From the NCBI RefSeq assembly GCF_000017305.1, contig NC_009664.2, positions 2,850,001-2,882,000 on the forward strand: DNA of 32,000 nucleotides, in the 5' to 3' direction. This DNA comes from Kineococcus radiotolerans SRS30216 = ATCC BAA-149. GTDB taxonomy: Bacteria > Actinomycetota > Actinomycetes > Actinomycetales > Kineococcaceae. Both the position numbers and the translations under genes were made by a program. The notes below the pieces were generated by a model. It saw only the letters and a program-made list of their open reading frames with translations, made no database searches and was not told the origin of the DNA. Shown here one piece after another: positions 15,521 through 23,007 of this stretch (position 1 is the stretch's first letter; every line of letters starts with the position of its first letter).

Positions 15521-16264
15521 ATGTCCCGCGTGAACCCGGTCCTGCTGCTGGGGGGCCGCAGCGAGATCGGCCTCGAGGTCGTCGAGCGCCTCGTGCGCGC
15601 CGGCGCGCCCACCGTCGTCCTCGCCGCCCGCCGGGCGGGGGAGCTGGCGCAGGAGCGGGCCCGGCTGGAAACCCTCGGAGCCGTCGTCGAGACCGTCGAG
15701 TTCGACGCCGACGACCTCGCCACCCACGGCCCGCTGCTCACCGACGTCGTCGCCCGCCACGGCGCCCTCGACGCCGTCGTCGCGTTCGGGGTCCTCGGGG
15801 ACCAGGCCCGCGCCGAGACCGACGTGGAGCACGCCCTCGCCGTCGTGCACACCGACTTCGTCGCCCAGGTCAGCGTCGTCTCCCACCTGGTGAACCTGTT
15901 CCGGCCGCTGCGCTCCGGGCGGATCGTGGTGTTCTCCTCGATCGCCGGGGCGCGGGTCCGGCGGGCGAACTACGTGTACGGGTCGGCCAAGGCCGGGCTC
16001 GACGGGTTCGCCTCCGGCCTCACCGACGCCCTCGCCGGCAGCGGGGTCCGGCTGCTGCTGGCCCGGCCCGGTTTCGTCATCGGGCGGATGTCGGCGGGGA
16101 TGCCGCCCGCACCGCTGTCCAGCACCCCGGCGCAGGTCGCCGACGCCGTGGTCGCCGGCCTCGCTGCGGGCCGCGACGTCGTGTGGGTCCCCGGGGCCCT
16201 GCGGGCGCTGGCGGCGGCGATGGCGGTCACCCCCCGGGCCGTCTGGCGCCGCGCGCCGCGCTGA
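15521..16264 (+). CDS. DprE2-like short-chain reductase (decaprenylphospho-erythro-pentofuranosid-2-ulose 2-reductase family SDR)
   Basis: VLLLGGRSEIGLEVVERL, VVAFGVLGDQ, SSIAGARVRRANYVYGSAKAGLDGF, ARPGFVIGRMSAGMPPAPLS and VWVPGALR parallel M. tuberculosis DprE2 almost block by block. GAGG lies 4 nt before the ATG. Confidence 0.8.
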   Translation: MSRVNPVLLLGGRSEIGLEVVERLVRAGAPTVVLAARRAGELAQERARLETLGAVVETVEFDADDLATHGPLLTDVVARHGALDAVVAFGVLGDQARAETDVEHALAVVHTDFVAQVSVVSHLVNLFRPLRSGRIVVFSSIAGARVRRANYVYGSAKAGLDGFASGLTDALAGSGVRLLLARPGFVIGRMSAGMPPAPLSSTPAQVADAVVAGLAAGRDVVWVPGALRALAAAMAVTPRAVWRRAPR

Positions 16265-16272
16265 TCCCGCCG

Positions 16273-16288
16273 CGCGCACCCGTGCGCG
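16273..16288 (+). terminator. short GC hairpin after the DprE2-like gene (possible terminator)
   Basis: CGCGCA-cccg-TGCGCG followed by gCTGCTT, located between stop 16264 and the -10 of the next gene. Confidence 0.3.
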
Positions 16289-16294
16289 GCTGCT

Positions 16295-16300
16295 TACGGT
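16295..16300 (+). promoter_or_regulatory. candidate -10 (TACGGT), 7 nt before ATG 16308; implies a leaderless SDR transcript
   Basis: TACGGT-gaccgcc-ATG. This favours ATG 16308 over the ORF-track GTG 16299. Confidence 0.4.
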
Positions 16301-16307
16301 GACCGCC

Positions 16308-17099
16308 ATGGACCTCGAACTCACGGGGCGCACCGCGCTCATCACCGGCGGCGACTCCGGCATCGGCTGGCACACCGCGAAGCTGCTCGTGGAGGAGGGC
16401 GCGCGGGTCGCGATCACCGACGTCGACCAGGCGGCCCTCGACGCGGCCGCGGCCGGCCTGCCCGGCGAGGTCCTCGCCGTCGCGGCCGACCTCACCGACC
16501 CCGCCGACGTCGCCCGCCTGCACCGGGAGGTGACCGCGGCCCTGGGCGACCCGGAGATCCTCGTCCACGCCGCCGGCGTCACCGGCGCGCAGGGGCTGTT
16601 CCACGAGGTCGACGAGGACGGCTGGCGCACCACGATGGAGGTCGACTTCTTCGCCGCGGTGCGGGTGGTCCGGGTGTTCGTCGACGGCATGCGCCGCCGG
16701 GGCCGGGGCCGCATCGTGCTGCTCGCCTCCGAGGACGCCGTCCAGCCCTACGTCGACGAGCTGCCCTACTGCGCCGCGAAGGCCGCGGTCCTCAGCCTGG
16801 TGAAGGGGTTGTCGAAGACCTACGGCGGCGAGGGCGTCCTCGTCAACGCCGTGTCCCCGGCGTTCATCGCCACGCCCATGACCGACGCCATGATGGAGAA
16901 GCGCTCCACCGAGCTCGGCGTCAGCGTCCAGGAGGCCGTCGGCGGTTTCCTCGACGAGGAACGGCCGTTCATGGAGCTGAAGCGGCGCGGGGAACCTGAG
17001 GAGGTCGCCGCCGTCATCGCCTTCCTCGTCTCCGAGCGCGCGAGCTTCGTCAACGGCAGCAACTACCGCGTCGACTCCGGCTCCGTCGCGACCATCTGA
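16308..17099 (+). CDS. SDR family oxidoreductase (classical, FabG-like)
   Basis: ALITGGDSGIGWHTAKLL, HAAGV, catalytic YCAAKAAV, SPAFIATPMT. The start may instead be GTG 16299. Confidence 0.9.
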   Translation: MDLELTGRTALITGGDSGIGWHTAKLLVEEGARVAITDVDQAALDAAAAGLPGEVLAVAADLTDPADVARLHREVTAALGDPEILVHAAGVTGAQGLFHEVDEDGWRTTMEVDFFAAVRVVRVFVDGMRRRGRGRIVLLASEDAVQPYVDELPYCAAKAAVLSLVKGLSKTYGGEGVLVNAVSPAFIATPMTDAMMEKRSTELGVSVQEAVGGFLDEERPFMELKRRGEPEEVAAVIAFLVSERASFVNGSNYRVDSGSVATI

Positions 17100-17111
17100 C
17101 GTCCCGCGGCG

Positions 17112-17279
17112 TCAGCGCCGGCTCACCCGCTCCCGGACCAGCCCGGCGACGGCCAGGGCGACCACCACCCCGCCGGTGAGCCCGACGGCGAGGGGGAGGA
17201 GACCGGTCGAGCCGGTGACGTTGAGGAGCAGACCGGCGACCAGGACGAGCCACAGGACGCGGGTGGGGGTGCGGGACAC
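17112..17279 (-). CDS. 55-aa two-TM membrane peptide, function unknown
   Basis: GTG 17279-17277 is preceded by GGAGGA and a 4-nt spacer. The product VSRTPTRVLWLVLVAGLLLNVTGSTGLLPLAVGLTGGVVVALAVAGLVRERVSRR has two hydrophobic spans and positively charged ends. GC3 is nearly 100%. The ORF-track start 17363 is trimmed. Confidence 0.55.
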   Translation of the reverse strand: MSRTPTRVLWLVLVAGLLLNVTGSTGLLPLAVGLTGGVVVALAVAGLVRERVSRR

Positions 17280-17406
17280 GGTGTCCTCCGGGGGGTGCGG
17301 TGACGAGCGGTGGTCCCACCCTGGCGGGACCGGGCCGCCCCTCCCACCCCGCCCGCTGCCCACCGGGAGTAGTGCTGGCTGTACCGACCACGGCGGCCGG
17401 CCTCGG

Positions 17407-17412
17407 TAGCGT
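17407..17412 (+). promoter_or_regulatory. candidate -10 (TAGCGT), 6 nt before the kinase GTG; implies a leaderless transcript
   Basis: TAGCGT-cacggg-GTG(17419). Confidence 0.4.
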
Positions 17413-17418
17413 CACGGG

Positions 17419-18654
17419 GTGCCGCGCGAGAGGACCCCAGGAGGTCGCCACCTCCTCCGGCGCTGGTGGACGGCCTACCGCCACCTCGCCGGCGGGCTGG
17501 GGACCGCGCTGCCGGCCGCGGCCCTGCTGGGCTGGCTCCTCGTCGTCGCCCTGCTCAGCCTCGTCGGGGTGGGGTTGCTGCTGGCCCCCGCCGCGCTGCG
17601 CCGGCTGCGCGCGGTCGCCGACCGCGAGCGGGCCCGCACGGGGGAGGGGGCCGCGGCCCTGCCGGCCGGTCCCGTCCCCGCCCCCCTGCGCGCCGCGCTC
17701 GCCGACCCCCTCGTGCGCCAGGACCTGCGGTGGCTGCCCGTGCACGCGACGTCGGGTCTGCTCACCGGACTCGTCGGGGTGCTGCTGCCCGTCTACGCCG
17801 TGCGGGACGCGACGTTCCCGCTGTGGTGGCGGCTGTTCCCCGCCGACGTGGACACCGCCCCGTGGTGGTGGGCGGTGCGCTCCTGGTCCGACGCCGGCGC
17901 GGTCGCCCTGCTCGGGCTGGTCTGGGCCGCGCTCGCCGCCGTCGGCGTCCCGGGGCTCGCCGCGGGGCAGGCGGCGCTGGGGCGCAGCCTGCTGCGCCCC
18001 CCGGTGGACACCGACCTCTCCCTGCGGGTGGCGCAGCTGACCGCCACCCGCGCCGCCGCGCTGGACGCCCACGCGGTCGAGCTGCGGCGCATCGAGCGCT
18101 CCCTGCACGACGGCGCCCAGAACCGCCTCGTCGGCGTCACCGTCCTGCTCGGCGCGGCCCGCCGCTCCCTGACCCGCGACCCGGCCACCGCCGACGAACT
18201 GCTGGAGCGGGCCCAGACCGCCGCGGAGCAGGCCCTGGCGGAGCTGCGGGCGGTCGTGCGCGGCATCCTGCCGCCGGTGCTCCTCGACCGCGGCCTGGCC
18301 GGGGCCGTCACCGGTCTGGCCGCGGACTGCCCCGTGCCCTGCCACGTCGAGGTCGACGTGACCCCCCGCGCCCCGGCGTCGGTCGAGGCGACCGCCTACT
18401 TCGTCGTCGCCGAGGCCCTCACCAACGTCGCCCGGCACAGCGCGGCCCGCAGCGCCCGCGTCCTGGTGCAGCGCCGCGGCGCGGACCTGCGGGTCGTCGT
18501 CGGCGACGACGGGCGGGGCGGGGCCGGGGCGGGCGCCGGTTCCGGCCTCGACGGGGTGCTGCACCGGGTCCGCGCCCACGATGGCAGGCTCACCGTGACC
18601 AGCCCGCCCGGCGGTCCGACCGAACTGGAGGTGGTGCTGCCGTGCGGATCGTGA
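17419..18654 (+). CDS. membrane sensor histidine kinase (HisKA_3 / NarX-DesK type)
   Basis: N-terminal half with about 4 hydrophobic segments. H-box LRRIERSLHDGAQNRLVG. N-box AEALTNVARHS. G-box VVGDDGRGG...GSGL. Confidence 0.9.
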   Translation: MPRERTPGGRHLLRRWWTAYRHLAGGLGTALPAAALLGWLLVVALLSLVGVGLLLAPAALRRLRAVADRERARTGEGAAALPAGPVPAPLRAALADPLVRQDLRWLPVHATSGLLTGLVGVLLPVYAVRDATFPLWWRLFPADVDTAPWWWAVRSWSDAGAVALLGLVWAALAAVGVPGLAAGQAALGRSLLRPPVDTDLSLRVAQLTATRAAALDAHAVELRRIERSLHDGAQNRLVGVTVLLGAARRSLTRDPATADELLERAQTAAEQALAELRAVVRGILPPVLLDRGLAGAVTGLAADCPVPCHVEVDVTPRAPASVEATAYFVVAEALTNVARHSAARSARVLVQRRGADLRVVVGDDGRGGAGAGAGSGLDGVLHRVRAHDGRLTVTSPPGGPTELEVVLPCGS

Positions 18655-19298
18655 TCGGGGAGGACGACCCGCTGCTGCGCGAGGGCCTCGCCCTGCTGCT
18701 GCGGGCCGAGGGGCTCGACGTCGTCGCCACCGCCGCCGGGCCGGAGGAGCTGCTGGCCGCCCTCGACGAGCACCTGCCCGACGTCGCCATCGTCGACGTC
18801 CGGATGCCGCCCACCCACACCGACGAGGGCATCCGCGCCGCCGTGGAGGCCCGCCGCCGCCGCCCCGAGCTCGCCGTGCTCGTGCTCTCGGCCTACGTCG
18901 AACAGGCCTTCGCCACCGACCTGCTCGGCGGCGGCGCCCGGCGGCTGGGTTACCTGCTGAAGGAGCGGGTCGGGCGGGTGGAGGAGTTCCTCGACGCCCT
19001 GCACCGGGTCGCCGCCGGCGGGACCGCGGTCGACCCGGAGGTCGTCGCCCAGCTGCTGACCCGCACCCGCCCCGACGCCGGTCTGGACCGGTTGTCCGCG
19101 CGGGAGCGCGAGGTCCTCGCGCTGATGGCCGAGGGGCTGGGGAACACCGCCATCGCGGGCCGGCTCGTCGTCACCGAGGGCGCGGTGCACAAGCACGTCC
19201 GCAGCATCTTCGCCAAGCTCGACCTGACCCCCGCCGACGAGGTCGACCGCCGGGTCACCGCGGTCCTGCGGTTCCTGCGCTCCACCGACGCCAGGTAG
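18642..19298 (+). CDS. NarL/LuxR family response regulator
   Basis: VRIVIGEDDPLLREGL, phospho-acceptor context VAIVDVRMPP, and LuxR HTH LSAREREVLALMAEGLGNTAIAGRLVVTEGAVHKHVRSIFAKL. GTG 18642 overlaps the kinase 3' end by 13 nt. Confidence 0.9.
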   Translation: MRIVIGEDDPLLREGLALLLRAEGLDVVATAAGPEELLAALDEHLPDVAIVDVRMPPTHTDEGIRAAVEARRRRPELAVLVLSAYVEQAFATDLLGGGARRLGYLLKERVGRVEEFLDALHRVAAGGTAVDPEVVAQLLTRTRPDAGLDRLSAREREVLALMAEGLGNTAIAGRLVVTEGAVHKHVRSIFAKLDLTPADEVDRRVTAVLRFLRSTDAR

Positions 19299-19310
19299 GG
19301 CCGCGCCGCG

Positions 19311-19334
19311 GCGTCCCGGGCGGGGCGGGGACGC
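19311..19334 (+). terminator. GC hairpin after the response-regulator gene (terminator and/or operator overlapping the MFS -35 region)
   Basis: GCGTCCC-N10-GGGACGC starts 13 nt after stop 19298 and ends 12 nt before the TAGGGT hexamer. Confidence 0.35.
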
Positions 19335-19345
19335 GCCGGGGGCCC

Positions 19346-19351
19346 TAGGGT
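19346..19351 (+). promoter_or_regulatory. candidate -10 (TAGGGT), 8 nt before the MFS GTG
   Basis: TAGGGT-cctggtgc-GTG(19360). Near-consensus actinobacterial -10. No SD. Confidence 0.4.
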
Positions 19352-19359
19352 CCTGGTGC

Positions 19360-20667
19360 GTGAGCGAACCCGCGACCGTCTCGCAGCGCCTCGACGCGCT
19401 GCCCTTCACCCGCCGCCACACCCGCCTGCTGCTCGGGTCCGGCGTCGGCTGGGCCCTGGACGCCCTCGACGTGGGCCTCGTCGCCTACGTCCTCGTCGCG
19501 CTGCGCCAGCAGTGGGGCCTCGACGCCGCGCAGCTGTCCTGGATCGCCTCGGTGGGGTTCGCGGGGATGGCCGTGGGCGCCGCCCTCGGGGGTCTGCTGG
19601 CCGACCGGGTGGGGCGCCGGCAGGTCTTCGCGCTGACCCTGCTGGTCTACGGGCTCGCGACGGGGGCGGCGGCCCTGTCCTGGTCGCTGACGGCGCTGCT
19701 GGTGTTCCGGTTCCTCGTGGGGCTGGGCCTGGGGGCGGAGCTGCCGGTGGCCTCCACCCTGGTCAGCGAGTTCGCGCCCCGGCGCATCCGGGGGCGGGTC
19801 GTCGTCGCGCTGGAGGCGTTCTGGGCGGTCGGCTGGACCCTCGCCGCCCTCATCGGCTACCTGCTGGTGCCGGCCTCCGACGACGGGTGGCGCTGGGCGC
19901 TGGCGCTGGGGGCGCTGCCCGCGGTGTACGCGATCGTCGTACGCCGGGGGCTGCCGGAGTCGGTGCGGTTCCTGCTGGCGAAGGGCCGCACCGCGGAGGC
20001 CGAGGCCGTCGTGCGGGACTTCGAGGCGTCCGCGGGCGTCACCTCGACCGCGCCGCTCGTGCCCGACCCGCCCGCCGGGGCCAGGCGGGGGATCTGGAGC
20101 GCGGGCCTGCGCCGCCGCACGGCCGGGTTGTGGCTGGTGTGGTTCTTCGTGAACTTCAGCTACTACGGCGCGTTCACCTGGATCCCCAGCCTGCTCGTCG
20201 AGGACGGGTTCACCGTGATCCGCTCCCTGCAGTTCACGCTGATCATCACCCTCGCCCAGCTGCCCGGGTACGCGCTCGCCGCGGTCCTGGTGGAGGTGTG
20301 GGGACGGCGGCGGACCCTCGCGGTGTTCCTCGTGGGTTCCGCCCTGTCCGCCCTGGCCTACGCGGGCGCCGGCACGACGACGACGATCCTCCTGGCCGGG
20401 ATGGCGCTGTCGTTCTGCAACCTGGGGGCCTGGGGCGCGCTGTACGCCGTCACCCCGGAGGTGTACCCGACGGCCGTGCGCGGGCGGGGTGCGGGGGCCG
20501 CGGCCGGTTTCGGCCGGATCGCCTCGATCCTCGCGCCCCTCAGCGTCCCGCTGCTGCTGGACGCCGGGGGGAGCGGAGCCGTGTTCGTCGTCTTCGGCGT
20601 CGCCTTCGCGATCGCGGCGGCGGCGAGCTTCCTGCTGCCCGAGCGGCGCGGGGTGGCGCTGGACTGA
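19360..20667 (+). CDS. MFS transporter (sugar-porter/NiaP-like subfamily)
   Basis: 435 aa, 12 hydrophobic segments. Motif A GGLLADRVGRRQVF. VSEFAPRRIRGR. A second-half repeat with EVYPTAVRGRGAG. Confidence 0.9.
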   Translation: MSEPATVSQRLDALPFTRRHTRLLLGSGVGWALDALDVGLVAYVLVALRQQWGLDAAQLSWIASVGFAGMAVGAALGGLLADRVGRRQVFALTLLVYGLATGAAALSWSLTALLVFRFLVGLGLGAELPVASTLVSEFAPRRIRGRVVVALEAFWAVGWTLAALIGYLLVPASDDGWRWALALGALPAVYAIVVRRGLPESVRFLLAKGRTAEAEAVVRDFEASAGVTSTAPLVPDPPAGARRGIWSAGLRRRTAGLWLVWFFVNFSYYGAFTWIPSLLVEDGFTVIRSLQFTLIITLAQLPGYALAAVLVEVWGRRRTLAVFLVGSALSALAYAGAGTTTTILLAGMALSFCNLGAWGALYAVTPEVYPTAVRGRGAGAAAGFGRIASILAPLSVPLLLDAGGSGAVFVVFGVAFAIAAAASFLLPERRGVALD

Positions 20668-20674
20668 GGCGCCG

Positions 20675-20938
20675 TCAGGGACGGGCGGCGCGGTCGCGCT
20701 GGGAGCGCGCCGCCCGGACCACCACCACGTCGGCGACGAGCAGCAGGACGAGGACCCCGACGAGGGCGAGGGCGGGGCGCCCGGTGAGCTCGGCGTGGAC
20801 GGTGAACCCGAGGACGAGCAGGGTCATCGCGATGAGGAGACCGCCGAACGTCTCCAGGTGCTGGGCGTTCCTGCGGGCGCGCACGACGTCCGCACGGGCG
20901 TCGCGGCGGGGCTCGCGGTGGGGGCGGGAGGTGGGCAC
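20675..20938 (-). CDS. 87-aa two-TM membrane protein, function unknown
   Basis: GTG 20938-20936 is preceded by AGGAGA and a 5-nt spacer, 32 nt after the permease stop. GC3 is nearly 100%. Hydrophobic core FGGLLIAMTLLVLGFTV...ALALVGVLVLLLVADVVVV. The ORF-track start 21310 is trimmed. Confidence 0.5.
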   Translation of the reverse strand: MPTSRPHREPRRDARADVVRARRNAQHLETFGGLLIAMTLLVLGFTVHAELTGRPALALVGVLVLLLVADVVVVRAARSQRDRAARP

Positions 20939-20970
20939 GGCGGTCTCCTGGTCGGGTCGTGCGGGGCGGG

Positions 20971-21912
20971 TCAGCTCTTGACGCCGCCGGCGGTGAGGCC
21001 GGAGACGATGCGGCGCTGGAACACCAGGACCATGATGATCAGCGGGACGGTGACGATGGTGCCCGCGGCCATGACCGCGGTGTAGGGCTCCTGGTGGGGT
21101 TGGGCCCCGGCGAAGCTGGCGATGGCCACCGTCACCGGCTGCACCCGATCCCCGCCGAGCTGGGAGGCGAGGAGGAACTCGTTCCAGGCGGCGGTGAAGG
21201 CGAGGATGGCGGTGGTGAAGATGCCCGGCGCGGCCAGCGGGAGGATGACCTTGACGAACGCCTGCCCGGGCGTGCAGCCGTCCATGCGGGCGGACTCCTC
21301 CAGCTCCCACGGCATCTCGGTGAAGAACGCCGTCAGCGTGTAGACGGTCAGGGGCAGCACGAAGGAGATGTTGGGGATGATCAGCGCCTGGTAGGTGTTC
21401 AGCCAGCCCAGGTCGGTGAACAGCTGGAACAGCGGGGTGACCAGGGCGACGCCGGGGAACATGGAGGCGCCGAGGATGAGGCCGAGGACGTAGAACTTGC
21501 CGCGGAACTCCAGGCGGGCCAGGGCGTAGGCGGTGAACACCCCCACCACCAGACCGACGACGGTGGTCGCCGCGCCGATGACGAGGCTGTTGAGCAGGGC
21601 GCGTCCGAAGTGGTTGCCGCGGGCGGTGGAGAAGGCGGTGGCGTAGTTCTCCAGGGTGGTGTGGGTGGGCCAGGGGGTGGTGTCGAAGGTGTAGCCGACC
21701 TCGCGGAAGCTGGTGACGATCATCCAGTAGAACGGCAGCAGGCCCCAGAGGCAGATGAGGACGACACCGGTGTAGGTGAGGACCGCGGCGCGGACGTTGC
21801 GCCGCTGGACGACGGGGACGCCGGAACTGGTGACCGTGCGGTTGCGGGAACCGCCCTTGCCGCGCTTGCTGCCGGTGCCGCCCCTGCTGCCGGTGCTGGT
21901 CGTGGTGGCCAT
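20971..21912 (-). CDS. carbohydrate ABC transporter permease (MalG/BPD_transp_1 type)
   Basis: 313 aa, 6 TM segments, EAA loop EESARMDGCTPGQAFVKVILPLAAP. The ATG lies 1 nt after the upstream permease stop. Confidence 0.9.
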   Translation of the reverse strand: MATTTSTGSRGGTGSKRGKGGSRNRTVTSSGVPVVQRRNVRAAVLTYTGVVLICLWGLLPFYWMIVTSFREVGYTFDTTPWPTHTTLENYATAFSTARGNHFGRALLNSLVIGAATTVVGLVVGVFTAYALARLEFRGKFYVLGLILGASMFPGVALVTPLFQLFTDLGWLNTYQALIIPNISFVLPLTVYTLTAFFTEMPWELEESARMDGCTPGQAFVKVILPLAAPGIFTTAILAFTAAWNEFLLASQLGGDRVQPVTVAIASFAGAQPHQEPYTAVMAAGTIVTVPLIIMVLVFQRRIVSGLTAGGVKS

Positions 21913-21913
21913 C

Positions 21914-22930
21914 TCAGCCCGCCTTCTTCGTCTTCGGGGCCCGCTGCTCGGTGACGTTGGCGCCCAGGAACTTGATGAAGACGAACGCCACCGCGAACAC
22001 GATGAGGAACGTCAGCGTCGACAACGCCGAGGCGGCGTTGAAACCGGATCTGACCTGGTCCACCACCAGCATGGACAGGGTGGAGGTGTCCCCGGCGCCG
22101 CCGGTGAGGATCTTCGGCAGGTCGTACATGCGCAAGGTGTCCAGGGTGCGGAACAGCACCGCGACCATCAGGGCGGGGCGGACCAGGGGCAGGGTGATGT
22201 AGCGGAACCGTTGCCAGGCGGTGGCCCCGTCCATCTTGGAGGCTTCGTAGACGCTGCCGTCGATGACCTGCAGTCCGGCGAGGATGAGCAGGGCCATGAA
22301 GGGGGCGGTCTTCCAGGTGTCGGCGATGATGATCGCCGCCTTGGGGGCGAAACCGTCGCCGGTCCAGAGGATCTCGGTGCCGAGCAGTTTGTTGGCGATG
22401 CCGTCGTAGGCGAAGATGAAGTACCACAGCTTGGCGGTGACGGCGGTGGGGATGGCCCAGGGCACCAGGACGCTGGCGCGCAGGATGGCGCGGCCCTTGA
22501 AGCTGCGGTGCATGACCAGGGCGAAGACCAGCCCGAGCAGGGTCTCCAGGGAGACGGCGACGACGGTGAAGAGGAACGTCACCCCCGTGGAGGTCCAGAA
22601 CTGCGAGCCGAGGGTGCCCGGCGGGCAGGAGAACGCGCCGCCGCCGCAGTCCTGCAGCAGCCAGAGGCGGTAGTTCTGCAGGCCGGCGAAGCCGCCTTCG
22701 ACGAAGAGGCCGGTTTCGGGGTCGAGTCCGGCGTCCTTGGTGAAGGACTGCGAGACGGCGGTGACGACGGGGTAGAGGATGACGATGGCCAGCAGGACGA
22801 TCGTGGGGGCGATGAGCAGGGTGGCGCGGCGGCCGGAGCCGTCGTGCAGGCTCTTGCGTCTGCGTCCGGGGTCCAGTGGCGGTTCGCCTCGCGCGAACGC
22901 CCCGGTCGCCACGCCGGAAGTGGTGCTCAT
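21914..22930 (-). CDS. carbohydrate ABC transporter permease (MalF type)
   Basis: 338 aa, EAA loop YEASKMDGATAWQRFRYITLPLVRP. The ATG is preceded by GAGGAGG and a 4-nt spacer. Confidence 0.9.
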   Translation of the reverse strand: MSTTSGVATGAFARGEPPLDPGRRRKSLHDGSGRRATLLIAPTIVLLAIVILYPVVTAVSQSFTKDAGLDPETGLFVEGGFAGLQNYRLWLLQDCGGGAFSCPPGTLGSQFWTSTGVTFLFTVVAVSLETLLGLVFALVMHRSFKGRAILRASVLVPWAIPTAVTAKLWYFIFAYDGIANKLLGTEILWTGDGFAPKAAIIIADTWKTAPFMALLILAGLQVIDGSVYEASKMDGATAWQRFRYITLPLVRPALMVAVLFRTLDTLRMYDLPKILTGGAGDTSTLSMLVVDQVRSGFNAASALSTLTFLIVFAVAFVFIKFLGANVTEQRAPKTKKAG

Positions 22931-22964
22931 GGGTCCTCCTCAGGACTCGTCGGGACCCACCGCC

Positions 22965-22991
22965 GGGGACGGGACGCCGACGTCCCGCCCC
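22965..22991 (-). promoter_or_regulatory. intercistronic stem-loop between the binding-protein and permease genes
   Basis: GGGGaCGGGACG-ccga-CGTCCCGCCCC (11 bp with one bulge) lies in the 77-nt gap between stop 23008 and start 22930. Confidence 0.4.
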
Positions 22992-23007
22992 CGGTCCGTG
23001 GATCCGG

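Noticed and set aside
14351-16714. 787-aa minus-strand ORF
   Set aside because: It is antisense to the 404-aa ORF, the DprE2-like SDR and the next SDR, whose Rossmann and YxxxK motifs are clear. Its product is Arg/Pro/Gly-rich low-complexity sequence.
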